DNA of 61,399 nt, from IMG/VR virus record IMGVR_UViG_3300017761_006794, positions 1-61,399 of that record, one strand, 5' to 3'. Of the stretch, positions 1-9,809 are shown piece after piece (within the stretch, counting starts at the first letter, position 1; every line of letters starts with the position of its first letter). The DNA is from a virus (lineage: Duplodnaviria > Caudoviricetes). The notes below the pieces were generated by a model. It saw only the letters and a program-made list of their open reading frames with translations, did no database searches and had not been told where the DNA came from. The translations under genes and the position numbers were made by a program.

Positions 1-3000
1 CTGAACTGTGCAGAAACCTTGATCGAGGGCTTCCTCCTGAGAGCTGCCTGCCCCCTGAAGAACGAGCCTGAGGCGTAGGATCTTCCACCTATGATCTGGT
101 CAAGGACACTGGGCGTGAAGCTCGGGAGTTGTGGAGCATTCCTGTATGCCGTAGCGGGTGACTCGTTCACTCCGCTGAAGAAGAGGTCGTGGATGATCAC
201 AGTGTCGCTGCTCATCTTCACGAGCCTCCGGACGTTCGAGCCCGAGACCGTTGTCCTTGACGACCCGTCCGCGGCAACTCCTCTTGTACCGCCGAAGAAT
301 GAACCGGTGACGATATCCGCCAAGTACGTGCCGCTGAACGCGTCTCCCTCGGCGTTGTCAAACCTGTCCACGATAAAATTGTCGCCTACTGTCTGCGTGA
401 AGTCACTTGAGAAAGTTCCACGAGTGACCTGTTTACCGATGTTATCGGCAAGATACTCACCGATGAGTATGATCTCAGCCTCTCCGTGAAGGATTCGGAG
501 ATACGAGTTGCCAGAGTAATGCGGAAGAGTTTCTCGCATTATCGGAGCAACAAAGGGGGTGATGTTGGGCCGTGGAGATGGGTCAATGGGAGACGGGAAA
601 GAAGGCATAAAGCTGCCGTAATCACGGAACCACCGGCCTCTGGGTCGTCCCTCCCAACCGACTATCTTCATGAACTCGTCTATTGGTGAACCTTCAAGAT
701 TCACCAATATTTGTCCCGTTGAAGTTCCAAAATTTCCGTTAACCGCTACGGTAGTTGAACCGAGACCAGGCTCCTTGATGATGCTGATACCAGCAAGGTC
801 TCTTGTTCCACCCTGGTTCGGATTATCATCAGAGACCACCACCCCTTGTCCGCCGAGTGTAATCCCAAGATTGCTAGTGATCTTAGGAGAAGCAGAGAAT
901 GTCCTTCCTGCGCCAAGCGACAGCACACCCCCGCCAGGGCCAGATTTTGCCCCTCCGCTGAAGAGCTTGAAAGAAGAACCACCGAACAGAGGGGGAGGTT
1001 CGGGAGCCTGGTAATCCGGTCTCGGATTGCCGTACATTGGCGCAACATCAGGTGGCGGAGTCACTCCAGCATCAAGCCCGAAGACCAGTTCATCGGTCGG
1101 CATGAGAACATAGTCTCTCAGCAGTTGTTTCTCCTTGTTCTCAGAAACAGGTGAGTACCCAACAGTTAGGGAGGCAACAAGCTCAGCAACAGATGAACCA
1201 GAAAGGTTGCCGATCGTAAGTTCTGAGCCACCATAGTCTACTGTTCCTTCGTCTTCTTGATTATCAAAGTTGATGAGGTTTGAGCGTTTAATAACACCCG
1301 CTTTCCTTGGCTTCGCATTTTCTGCTAGTGTGACTGGCAAGCTTCTTCCGTCCGTTGACAGGTCGAAAGGATTCTTGAATACGTTTGATTTGTCATCAAA
1401 CAATGACAAGCCGACACGACCGACCTCAATGTCAAAGGTGGGTTCAGTGTAGCTTTCAAGAAATTTCAAGCTTTCTTCTGTAATGAAGAACTTTTCGTCT
1501 CTCTCATACTGCATGAATGGCTTAAAGCTGTAAACAGTAGAAGAATCTTCTGTAATGACACCAAGACGATTACCGAGTGGAGGAATCGACTTGCCGCTTA
1601 CACTAAAATGCGGTTGTCGAGTTCCACCGTACCAGAAATTCTGTACAATGGTTGTTATGGGCGGTCTTGCTGAGGATGATAGGTCAGAGTACGAACCAGT
1701 GTATGGATACCTGTTGTAGAGTCTGTTCAGGATTGAATTGTCGCCCTCTGACGTTGTCACGTAATATGAAGAAGAAATGTGACCGGTAGAGCTTGTGACG
1801 TGGAAGAGTGTTGAGTTCGGATAATTCCCGAGAACAACAGAGGGATAAGACACCAGCTTTATTCCGCCTTGCGCAAGATATCTTTCCGATGTTACTCCGC
1901 CCGCCCTCAGACTTGCAGACAAGCCGGCGTTAACCGCAAGCGTAGGATTGTGTATCGGAAAGCTTGTCCTGTTCAGGCCAGCTGCACTGATAGCATCGAT
2001 ATTGTTACCAGTGGTGTACGAAATGATATCTCTCAGATAAGCAGAAGTGAACAAGCCACCCTGGAAACTTTGTGACAGGGGGGTTCCGGTCCCAAACCTG
2101 TCGTAAAAGCCGTCTGATTGTGCAAGACCAAAGGAACTAGAGTTGTAGACGCATACAGATGAAGAGGCTATCAAAAATCTGACTGAAGATGAGATATCTG
2201 CAAGAGAATCTTTTGATTTGCCTAATCTTCTCTGTCTGTAGAGAAAGAAAGTGTAGTTGTCAAGATCCTTTCTGGCTGTGACATCTTTCTCCCAAAGATG
2301 TCCCGAGTCGAAGCTTGATGTCACAACGTCTTGTCTTCTGTGAAGCTGAACCGGGACCTTCACTATCATCTTTCTTAGCAGGAATGGTCTGTCTATGTAA
2401 TCGCTAAGTTTAATCGTTTCTTCATCGAAAGCGTGATACTTAGGGTGACTCGGCGCCTCAAAAGTTACGGTGGGAGTGCCGATATTCGAGTAACCAGAAG
2501 ACTCAAGATGCTCCTTATACGGAAGAAAATAACCAAGCTGTGGTGAAGAAGTGAACTGTGACAAAATTTTGTCAGTACCTGTCACAAACAACTTTGATGA
2601 AAGCCAATAACTAAGATCAACGCTGAACAAGTCGTCTATTCTTAGTCTTGCCAGATCAAACTGATTTATGTCAACACGATTACCAGCAGCGTTGGTGACT
2701 TCTTCCGCAGTGTTAATTTCTATCGCATTTGTCGACCCTGTTTCGTCCTTATCCCTCGTGTTCCCGCCAGCCCCAGTCCAGTATCGACTGTTGGATATTG
2801 AAGTCGCGTGGTCGGACCTCTTCTCGACCCACCGCTTGTAGAAGGGTGAGTAGTAGTAGAAGCCTGTTCCTGCGATGCCGGTCTCGTGACCGTTGTAGCG
2901 GTCGAAAGAGCTCGATACTCCCCTGAACGCCGAGGACAGGAAGAGGCTACCACCTGCCCAGTTCGCGGTCTTCGTGAGAGACGCCATCCTCGAGTCCGTG

Positions 3001-4979
3001 CGGCCCATGTACTGGGTGCCCTGGAGTTGGAGCTTGTAGATGGCCAGAGCTTCGTTAGCAGTGAGCGCCTTGTTCCAAAGCTCAAATGATGCTATTCTTC
3101 CTACGAAGTCATTTGTGTACTGAGTAGTCGAAACAGCTCCAACTACGAGGTCGTAAGTCGACGAATTGGGGGCAGTGAATGTGCCTGCTGAAGACTTTGA
3201 GCTATTAGAAACCGACCCATTGACGTAAATCGATATAGAACTCTGATCACTGCCGCCATAAGTCACAGTGATGTGATACCACTTGTTTGCAGAAATAGGT
3301 GAATCTGTAGTGACTGCGTTTATTGAGCTGGTCCCACCTGTTCCGTCTATTTGAAATTCAATGTTACCGCTTGAATTAATGCTGCAATAGTATTCGTTGA
3401 TCTTTGCAAAGACATATTGCGTGCCTGACAGATTTGCAGGTCTGACCCAGAAGCTGATGGTCTTACCTTTGTTTATTTCAAAATGAAAATCTTGAGAGTC
3501 TGAGACTTTCAAGTAGTCATGATTCGTGCTGTTAGTGCTGTTTCTCTCCAAGTTTAGATTTCCACGACTGGTGATGGGGCCAGGCGCGTAGTCTAGTCTA
3601 ACACTTGCGTCGCCATAGAGAGTTCCTGTGTGACCGTTACCGCTCTTGTCCTCGACCGTCCCGTTACCGGAGCCAGTGACCGGTGCCTCAAAGTTCCAGT
3701 GCGCGACAACTGAGTCCCTGAAGTCGTAGGTCGTGGGACCCAGCTGGTAGACCTCGTGAGCAGGGTCCCAGCTTGCTTTGCTCGAGATGTCGATCTTGAA
3801 GAAAGACTTTCCTTGTGTTCCGTCAGGAAGAAGGAGGTCCTGCTTCGTGATATCGTCCTTGAACTCAGGGTGTGAGATGTCCTCTGATATCTCAGGGACG
3901 TTTCGCTGTATGAGGCTCGAAAGCGTGACTGTCGAGATGTCCTGGTTCTTGTATCCGCTCACCTCGGCACTTCTTGACTGCGCTCCAGGGTAGTAGACCT
4001 GCGATCCTTCGATCACCCTTGTCGCGTCAAAGGGAGAAGTCTTGCTCACTGTGTCCGAATCGGAGAACCCGATATTCACAGGAGAGGATCTCCTCAGGAC
4101 TCTCTGCCTCGAGTTGAAGGGTGATGAACCCGATGAGTACGAGAGCCTGTCGAGGAACGCCAGCGAGTCAGTGCCGTTCTCAGTGTCCCTGAAAGTGTAG
4201 CCGTTATTCGTTGACCTGAAGTTCGAGCCGAACTTCGTGTAAGACCCTGTCGCCTTCTCGAGGACCGCTACGAATGAGTCGTCTGAGACTCTGCTCGCCA
4301 TGAGGGTCGCATCGTCACTGTCCTCGAAAGGGACAGAGAGGAGGGGCTCGTCAGGGAAGTAGGTGAACTTCGCGTCGAGGGGACGGTCGAGGTTGTCACC
4401 GAACTCCTGGTAAGCCCTTGTCTCTCCCTGGTAGCCCTCGTAGTACACTCTCTGTTCGATCGGAACGGACCTGCCGAGGAGGTCCTCGTGTGCGTTTGCC
4501 CAGGTGCCCCTCACCCTCCTTGACTCGAAAGGGGACTCGTTGTTTGTCCTCGTCGCAATGTCGCGGATCGCGAAGGGCTCGAGTACTCCGTCGTAGACTC
4601 CCGGGTCTATGGGAGAGACCGCGTCAAGGACGATCGGGTACCTCACGTCATAATTTTCGTCTGCCACGTATGTCACAGGGTCCAGCGGAGCCATCTCCTC
4701 GAAAGGAGTGTCATCGTAGTGGGTCTTTGGGACACCGAGGTCTCTCTTCTCGGCCCTGTGATTAGGTGCTCTCTCGAGCTTCTTCGATGAGATCTGTGTG
4801 GTGACTGTCTCGTCGAAGTACTCGGTGTCAGCAATGGGCTTCCCATCGAGGACGAGACTCGGAGTCGAGTTAGACAGGATTCGCGGGAGAGCCGATGCAA
4901 AGACCTGCGCGAAGCCGTTGATCTCTACGCCCTGCCTGCTGTTCTCTGCCTGGACTGACCCTGATATCGTACTTGCCAT
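1..4979 (-). CDS. Very large virion structural protein with LamG/concanavalin A-like domain (partial, >1659 aa, runs off left edge)
   Basis: ATG at 4979 overlaps the upstream stop (TGATG). Manual translation gives MASTISGSVQAENSRQG..., DSVVAHWNFEAPVTGSGNGTVEDKSGNGHTGTL (LamG-type start, ~3720-3620) and ...RKPSIKVSAQF at the window edge in the same frame. Its absence from the ORF track is consistent with no in-frame stop in the window. Confidence 0.85.
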   Translation of the reverse strand, partial: MASTISGSVQAENSRQGVEINGFAQVFASALPRILSNSTPSLVLDGKPIADTEYFDETVTTQISSKKLERAPNHRAEKRDLGVPKTHYDDTPFEEMAPLDPVTYVADENYDVRYPIVLDAVSPIDPGVYDGVLEPFAIRDIATRTNNESPFESRRVRGTWANAHEDLLGRSVPIEQRVYYEGYQGETRAYQEFGDNLDRPLDAKFTYFPDEPLLSVPFEDSDDATLMASRVSDDSFVAVLEKATGSYTKFGSNFRSTNNGYTFRDTENGTDSLAFLDRLSYSSGSSPFNSRQRVLRRSSPVNIGFSDSDTVSKTSPFDATRVIEGSQVYYPGAQSRSAEVSGYKNQDISTVTLSSLIQRNVPEISEDISHPEFKDDITKQDLLLPDGTQGKSFFKIDISSKASWDPAHEVYQLGPTTYDFRDSVVAHWNFEAPVTGSGNGTVEDKSGNGHTGTLYGDASVRLDYAPGPITSRGNLNLERNSTNSTNHDYLKVSDSQDFHFEINKGKTISFWVRPANLSGTQYVFAKINEYYCSINSSGNIEFQIDGTGGTSSINAVTTDSPISANKWYHITVTYGGSDQSSISIYVNGSVSNSSKSSAGTFTAPNSSTYDLVVGAVSTTQYTNDFVGRIASFELWNKALTANEALAIYKLQLQGTQYMGRTDSRMASLTKTANWAGGSLFLSSAFRGVSSSFDRYNGHETGIAGTGFYYYSPFYKRWVEKRSDHATSISNSRYWTGAGGNTRDKDETGSTNAIEINTAEEVTNAAGNRVDINQFDLARLRIDDLFSVDLSYWLSSKLFVTGTDKILSQFTSSPQLGYFLPYKEHLESSGYSNIGTPTVTFEAPSHPKYHAFDEETIKLSDYIDRPFLLRKMIVKVPVQLHRRQDVVTSSFDSGHLWEKDVTARKDLDNYTFFLYRQRRLGKSKDSLADISSSVRFLIASSSVCVYNSSSFGLAQSDGFYDRFGTGTPLSQSFQGGLFTSAYLRDIISYTTGNNIDAISAAGLNRTSFPIHNPTLAVNAGLSASLRAGGVTSERYLAQGGIKLVSYPSVVLGNYPNSTLFHVTSSTGHISSSYYVTTSEGDNSILNRLYNRYPYTGSYSDLSSSARPPITTIVQNFWYGGTRQPHFSVSGKSIPPLGNRLGVITEDSSTVYSFKPFMQYERDEKFFITEESLKFLESYTEPTFDIEVGRVGLSLFDDKSNVFKNPFDLSTDGRSLPVTLAENAKPRKAGVIKRSNLINFDNQEDEGTVDYGGSELTIGNLSGSSVAELVASLTVGYSPVSENKEKQLLRDYVLMPTDELVFGLDAGVTPPPDVAPMYGNPRPDYQAPEPPPLFGGSSFKLFSGGAKSGPGGGVLSLGAGRTFSASPKITSNLGITLGGQGVVVSDDNPNQGGTRDLAGISIIKEPGLGSTTVAVNGNFGTSTGQILVNLEGSPIDEFMKIVGWEGRPRGRWFRDYGSFMPSFPSPIDPSPRPNITPFVAPIMRETLPHYSGNSYLRILHGEAEIILIGEYLADNIGKQVTRGTFSSDFTQTVGDNFIVDRFDNAEGDAFSGTYLADIVTGSFFGGTRGVAADGSSRTTVSGSNVRRLVKMSSDTVIIHDLFFSGVNESPATAYRNAPQLPSFTPSVLDQIIGGRSYASGSFFRGQAALRRKPSIKVSAQF

Positions 4980-7900
4980 CAAGCCCTCTTTATGGTTGCT
5001 AGAAGCTGGTTGAGACCGATCGTGCCCCTGAGACCGACCCTATCATTCTCTCCGAGGTATAGATCTCCCCAGTGATACCGTGCGCGGTGTCTCTCAAGCA
5101 TGTGACTCTCAACAACGAAGTTTGTTCCGAAATATCTAGTGTTTGCGGGAAGAACCTGCTCGATCAAGTTGCCGATATTCTCCTCGAACCACTTTGAGAA
5201 GAGGAACACGTTCCTCATGTCTATCTTCCCCGTAAGTCGATTGAAGTAAATGTCTCTCATGTCTTCGAGCTCAGGGTAGTCCTCGTCAAAGAGATTTGTC
5301 GGGCTGCCGATGGCATTGTCGATGCTCTGGTAGTCAGAGAACATCCTGATGATGTCCTCATCAAGACCCTTCACCGTGGAGATTTCAATGCCGAACCTCA
5401 TGTCGTCATTACCCTCCTCATTCACCGGCACTTCGTAAACAGGTCCTACTTCGCCCCCGTACTTCTCGACATTTTCGTATGACCGCCAGGACCTCACTCT
5501 CACTTTAGTGTCTGCTGAACGCTCGTCAAACTTCGGCTCGAGACTGGAAAAGATTACGTCGTCGTAGTCAATGACTGTCTGGTTCGACTGGAATCCGGAC
5601 CCAGTGAGATGGAGGTTGTTCTGGGAGTAGTCGATGAACGAAATGCTCCCGCCTGATCCCGCTGTGACTGTGTCTTGGTCGAACGGGACGTCAACTCGGA
5701 GTCTCTCGAAAGACCCTGACTCGCTTGTTACGTAATTAAAATTGGTAAGTGGATTCCGCACGCCGAGAGACTCGTGATTCCTGAGGTGCTCGAACCACTC
5801 TCTTCTGTCGAGGTTCTTCGAGTAGAACCTCACGCTCGATATCTCACCGGTGAAAGATCCAGTGAGAGCTGCGGAGTAGTTTGTGGCGGTAAGGAGGGGT
5901 GAGTTATTCGAGACGCTGCTCTCTTCACCGACCACGAAGAATGACCCTGACGAGTTCAGGGTGGAAGTGACTCTTGAGAAGAGGTCGCTGCCAGCGGCAG
6001 AAGTGACCATCAGGGTTGACTCGTAAGCCTCGGATATCTCTCCGCCGTTGGTGCTTCCGAGCCTGAGAAACCACGAGCTCCTCGTATCTGTCTCTTTCTT
6101 CCTTCCGATGCTGAGCTGCCACCTCTCACCGTTGAATATGTGGGAGCCGGTGACCGAGAGGGTAAACGGGTTTGAAGAAGAGTCTGAGTACGCCCCGTAG
6201 AGGGTCACTGTTGCGAGTCCCTCTGAGTATGAACTGCTGGGGACAGCGACAACATTGAGCATTATGCTCTTCCCGGTGGACCCCGTGGAGTAGAACCTCA
6301 CCAGGGACTCCTTCGCAGACTCAGTCCTGCTATCGGGGAACCTGTAGACTCCCTCCCAGCCCCAGGAGCCTGTAGTGAAGAGACCGTCGGAAGCCACGCT
6401 AGATCCCCCAGTTCCGATAACACCCTGGGTGATCGGAAACCCGGGCTCGATCCTTGATCCCGAGAGGTAGGGTGAAGTGATGAGCCAGCTGCCAGTCACC
6501 GCAACCTTTCCTGTTGAGTCCCTGCGCTGACGGCGCCCTTCAATGAAACCGCCCCGAGCACCGCCGTACTCTCTCACTCGAAGTGAGGTGTCCGGGTTCA
6601 CTCCGAATGACCTGATTATGCTCTTCACGGAGTGTATTGTTCCCTTGCTTCGTAGGATGTCCGGTATGTTTGCGACCATCCTGCGCCAGATCTGTCCCTG
6701 AATATCTCCGAGAGTTTGCAGTCCCTCGTTGGGGTTTATCCCAATATCGTCACCGTAGACCGAGCTTCTCAGGTCCGTCGGAGTGAAGAGCTGCGGAAGC
6801 TCGAATCCGTAGCTCCTTGCCTGGAGTGGGATGAATGTACTCGCAATCGATCCTGTGGCATTGTACTCAAGGCTCTCGAATTTCGAGAAGTGATCGAGAT
6901 AGATCTTGTTCTCGTCAAACTGCTTTGCCCAGATATACAGTAGGCTTGAGAGTATCTGCGCGGGGCCGATTTTCGAGCTCCTGGGAGCGTCTCCCTCGTA
7001 AGGATACTGCTCAACAACAGGACCTTCCTCGGTCTCAAATCCCTGCGAAAGCTGCCCGAGAGCAAAGTACTGCTTAGGAACCAGCTTTGTTATGAGATTC
7101 GGGTTTGTCTCGTCATAGAGAGAAGCGCTAGTGAGGAGCTCTGTGTTTAGAGTGACTAGGGCTGGGAAGTCCGGGAACAGGATGGGGTTCTCAAGAGCCC
7201 TCTCTATGACGCTGGGACGTCCGTCTGATCCGTCCTTGAGAGAATTTGAGAAATTGCTGACGTGAGAGTGGAGACCGTTACCGCTCGTGTCCAGTACCAA
7301 CGATGACTGTGAGTATGTCCCATACGGTTCATTGAACTTGTAGTAGAGTTTCAGGTGACTAGAAGGCTCAGCGGAAGCAGAAAGAACCGACTTTATCTCG
7401 TCCTGTGTTCTTGCCCTGTGGTAGAATTTGAAGTCGTCAACAGATCCGCTGAGGGTGGACGTCGGGACAAAGTTGAAGCCTGTTGAGGCGTGACGACTAC
7501 CGCTACCAATTAGGAAGACGGTCCCCCGAGTGTCGAAATCAGAGAACTCGTATGAAGTAGACGACGATGAGACAAGCTCACCGTTCAGGTAGAGGAAGAG
7601 CCTGTTGACTCCCGGCTTCCTATTGAACTGTGCGCAGACATCGTTCCACGTTCCCTTTGAAAGGAATCCAGACGTGTTGAGGACAGCGCTCCCAGACGTT
7701 GCATAGAAATTGAGAGATGCAGAGAGAGCGGAGTTCGACTGCGAGAGGAAGAGAGAGTACCCGCTTGAACCTGACAAACGTTGGAACACCGTCGAGCTCG
7801 GATTTGACTCTCCTGGCACGAACAGCTTGAACTGCAGTGACAGAGATCCTGCTCCTGGGTCGAGGACCGCGCCACCGTCATCTCTTTTCGAGAGGAGCGG

Positions 7901-8308
7901 GAGACTTGCACCCGCTATGTCGTTCACTGAAACGTAGCTGCTGTTCCTGAAAGACAATGAGTTGAGGCTCTTTGGGAACCTCTCGTAGACTCTTCTCTCA
8001 AACCCCGTGAGAGAGTCTATGAAAGAGTTTATCTCCCCTGATGTACCATCAAACGGGAAGTTGTTGATGATCGTGTCAAAGGCAACATTGACAGAGACTT
8101 CAGCTGAGCTGAAGAAGGTGTGGTCCTCGAAACGATCCCAGTCGAGCGGAACCTGTTGCGTTGACCTGAGAGGGGATCCGGGCGGATCAAACCTGAATGA
8201 TGCTGTCGTTGAAGTGACCTCGACAAGGTCATTGCCCCTAAGACGCAGTTCGGGGGCACCTGATGCCTGCTTCAGCGGGAATCCAGCCGGTCTCTTGAAG
8301 ACAGCCAT
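4979..8308 (-). CDS. Virion/baseplate structural protein with LamG-like domains (1109 aa)
   Basis: LamG motifs (LFLYLNGELV, SGSVDDFKFY, LKLYYKFNE...VLDTSGNGLH) and the phage tail/baseplate-like motif LRSKGTIHSVKSIIRSFG; lies in the baseplate operon. Confidence 0.75.
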   Translation of the reverse strand: MAVFKRPAGFPLKQASGAPELRLRGNDLVEVTSTTASFRFDPPGSPLRSTQQVPLDWDRFEDHTFFSSAEVSVNVAFDTIINNFPFDGTSGEINSFIDSLTGFERRVYERFPKSLNSLSFRNSSYVSVNDIAGASLPLLSKRDDGGAVLDPGAGSLSLQFKLFVPGESNPSSTVFQRLSGSSGYSLFLSQSNSALSASLNFYATSGSAVLNTSGFLSKGTWNDVCAQFNRKPGVNRLFLYLNGELVSSSSTSYEFSDFDTRGTVFLIGSGSRHASTGFNFVPTSTLSGSVDDFKFYHRARTQDEIKSVLSASAEPSSHLKLYYKFNEPYGTYSQSSLVLDTSGNGLHSHVSNFSNSLKDGSDGRPSVIERALENPILFPDFPALVTLNTELLTSASLYDETNPNLITKLVPKQYFALGQLSQGFETEEGPVVEQYPYEGDAPRSSKIGPAQILSSLLYIWAKQFDENKIYLDHFSKFESLEYNATGSIASTFIPLQARSYGFELPQLFTPTDLRSSVYGDDIGINPNEGLQTLGDIQGQIWRRMVANIPDILRSKGTIHSVKSIIRSFGVNPDTSLRVREYGGARGGFIEGRRQRRDSTGKVAVTGSWLITSPYLSGSRIEPGFPITQGVIGTGGSSVASDGLFTTGSWGWEGVYRFPDSRTESAKESLVRFYSTGSTGKSIMLNVVAVPSSSYSEGLATVTLYGAYSDSSSNPFTLSVTGSHIFNGERWQLSIGRKKETDTRSSWFLRLGSTNGGEISEAYESTLMVTSAAGSDLFSRVTSTLNSSGSFFVVGEESSVSNNSPLLTATNYSAALTGSFTGEISSVRFYSKNLDRREWFEHLRNHESLGVRNPLTNFNYVTSESGSFERLRVDVPFDQDTVTAGSGGSISFIDYSQNNLHLTGSGFQSNQTVIDYDDVIFSSLEPKFDERSADTKVRVRSWRSYENVEKYGGEVGPVYEVPVNEEGNDDMRFGIEISTVKGLDEDIIRMFSDYQSIDNAIGSPTNLFDEDYPELEDMRDIYFNRLTGKIDMRNVFLFSKWFEENIGNLIEQVLPANTRYFGTNFVVESHMLERHRARYHWGDLYLGENDRVGLRGTIGLNQLLATIKRA

Positions 8309-9805
8309 TTAGTTCCTCAGGGAGAAAGTGTAACCGGGGTCCATGATGAACCTCCGAAGCCCATAGTGATCGACCCTGAACTCGAACTTCACTGGTCTTC
8401 CGTATGGAACGCTGTCACTGTAGAACTCAAAGAAATTTCCCTGGTCATCAAGCGAAAGCTTTGTCCCAGTCTCATCGAAATCGATGTAGACCTGACCGCT
8501 GTGTAGGTCCACGATCCTGTAGTGCCCAACAACTGGGTCGGGGGACCTGATAATCGAGTATTTCACTGCTCTCTCGTCCGTAAGAAGGTCGAAGAACTTG
8601 CACCTCACCAGAACCCTGGTATCAGGCGGAGAGTCGGCGGGTCCTGAGCACCTGACAGTGAGGTGTCCCTCGCGGTAGATGTTACCCTGGGCGTCATTCT
8701 TGCTGACCTTGAGGGATCCACTCCTGAATATCACGGTTCTGTCAAGAGATGACCAGACCTCATCGAACGTCACTGAGCCTGAAGCAAGGACGTGGTCCGA
8801 GAGTTTCACGGAGCCACTCACTACGGAAGAGTCGTTTGACCTGATGACAAAGGGCGAGAAGTAAGCACCAGTGACGTACTGCGAAGCGAGGTCCTGTGAT
8901 CCCGTGAAGTACTGAGAGTACGAGCCTGTGCTGAGTCTAAGCAGGAGACAATTTGCGCCTTTGATTTTTGCGAGTGAGCTGCCTGAGACCAGGTCTGACC
9001 TTGCTCCGCGAACGTAATTTGAAATGTAGAGAGTTCCCGATACGTCAAAAGTCGCGAAAGTTCTGTCATCGACCCTGCTGTCGTCAAAGAACACCTCGAT
9101 ACGCGGTCTTGCAAGGGAGTTCTTCACGTGTCTCGACGCGAAACGCTTCACGAACCTGGTGACGCCGTCTGTCTCCTGACTGCCGGTGAAAGATAACCTG
9201 AACGAGCTGCGCGGAAGAAGGCCGACTATTGAGGCCGAGACAAACTCTGTCACATCGATCTTCAAGTCCTCGTTCCCAACCTCGAAAGTCTGCTTCTTCT
9301 CGAAGCTATGAAGTCCCTCGGCGCTCCCAAAATTTCCTGACGTGTAGTAGTCAACGTCATTAGACCCGAGCAATCCGCCCTTTGTTGCACCAGTGACAAA
9401 CCACGAAGTTTCGGTGCTCGAAGAGAGGAAGTTTGCCTGATCCACGTCAGCAAATGAAACAATATCTCTTCCGAGTCCCTCGTTGAAGTCTCTAGCGAGC
9501 GGGAAGAGAGACAGCGTGAAGTTCGATGGGACAGGCTGACCAGTGCTGACACTGGTCATCTTCAGGTAGGCCTTGAAGTTATTCAGGCTCAGGGAAGATG
9601 AAGACAGGCTCCGAAGCCTCGAGTAGTCAAAATCTAGGAGAGCTCTCGAGATTTCAATTGCCCCAGTCACCGCTGTGGACTCGTCATAGAGCTTGAAGAT
9701 ATCGAGAGTGCTTGCTCTTCCGACGTTCCCTGACACGACCCTGATTGAGTCTATCAGCTTGTCGGTGATGTAAGTATCGGCGGATGCAGTGACAATGACG
9801 AACAT
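8309..9805 (-). CDS. Putative virion structural protein (ADTYIT...SRALLDFD type)
   Basis: Long ORF; likely start MFVIVTASADTYIT at 9805 just after the wedge gene stop; Ser/Gly rich; located between baseplate genes. Confidence 0.6.
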   Translation of the reverse strand: MFVIVTASADTYITDKLIDSIRVVSGNVGRASTLDIFKLYDESTAVTGAIEISRALLDFDYSRLRSLSSSSLSLNNFKAYLKMTSVSTGQPVPSNFTLSLFPLARDFNEGLGRDIVSFADVDQANFLSSSTETSWFVTGATKGGLLGSNDVDYYTSGNFGSAEGLHSFEKKQTFEVGNEDLKIDVTEFVSASIVGLLPRSSFRLSFTGSQETDGVTRFVKRFASRHVKNSLARPRIEVFFDDSRVDDRTFATFDVSGTLYISNYVRGARSDLVSGSSLAKIKGANCLLLRLSTGSYSQYFTGSQDLASQYVTGAYFSPFVIRSNDSSVVSGSVKLSDHVLASGSVTFDEVWSSLDRTVIFRSGSLKVSKNDAQGNIYREGHLTVRCSGPADSPPDTRVLVRCKFFDLLTDERAVKYSIIRSPDPVVGHYRIVDLHSGQVYIDFDETGTKLSLDDQGNFFEFYSDSVPYGRPVKFEFRVDHYGLRRFIMDPGYTFSLRN

Positions 9806-9809
9806 CTTG

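Noticed and set aside
1-4978. Apparent 5-kb ORF desert suggesting stop-codon recoding or non-coding DNA
   Set aside because: Explained by one minus-strand ORF running off the window. Elsewhere TAA, TAG and TGA all end genes at tight junctions, so the standard code applies.
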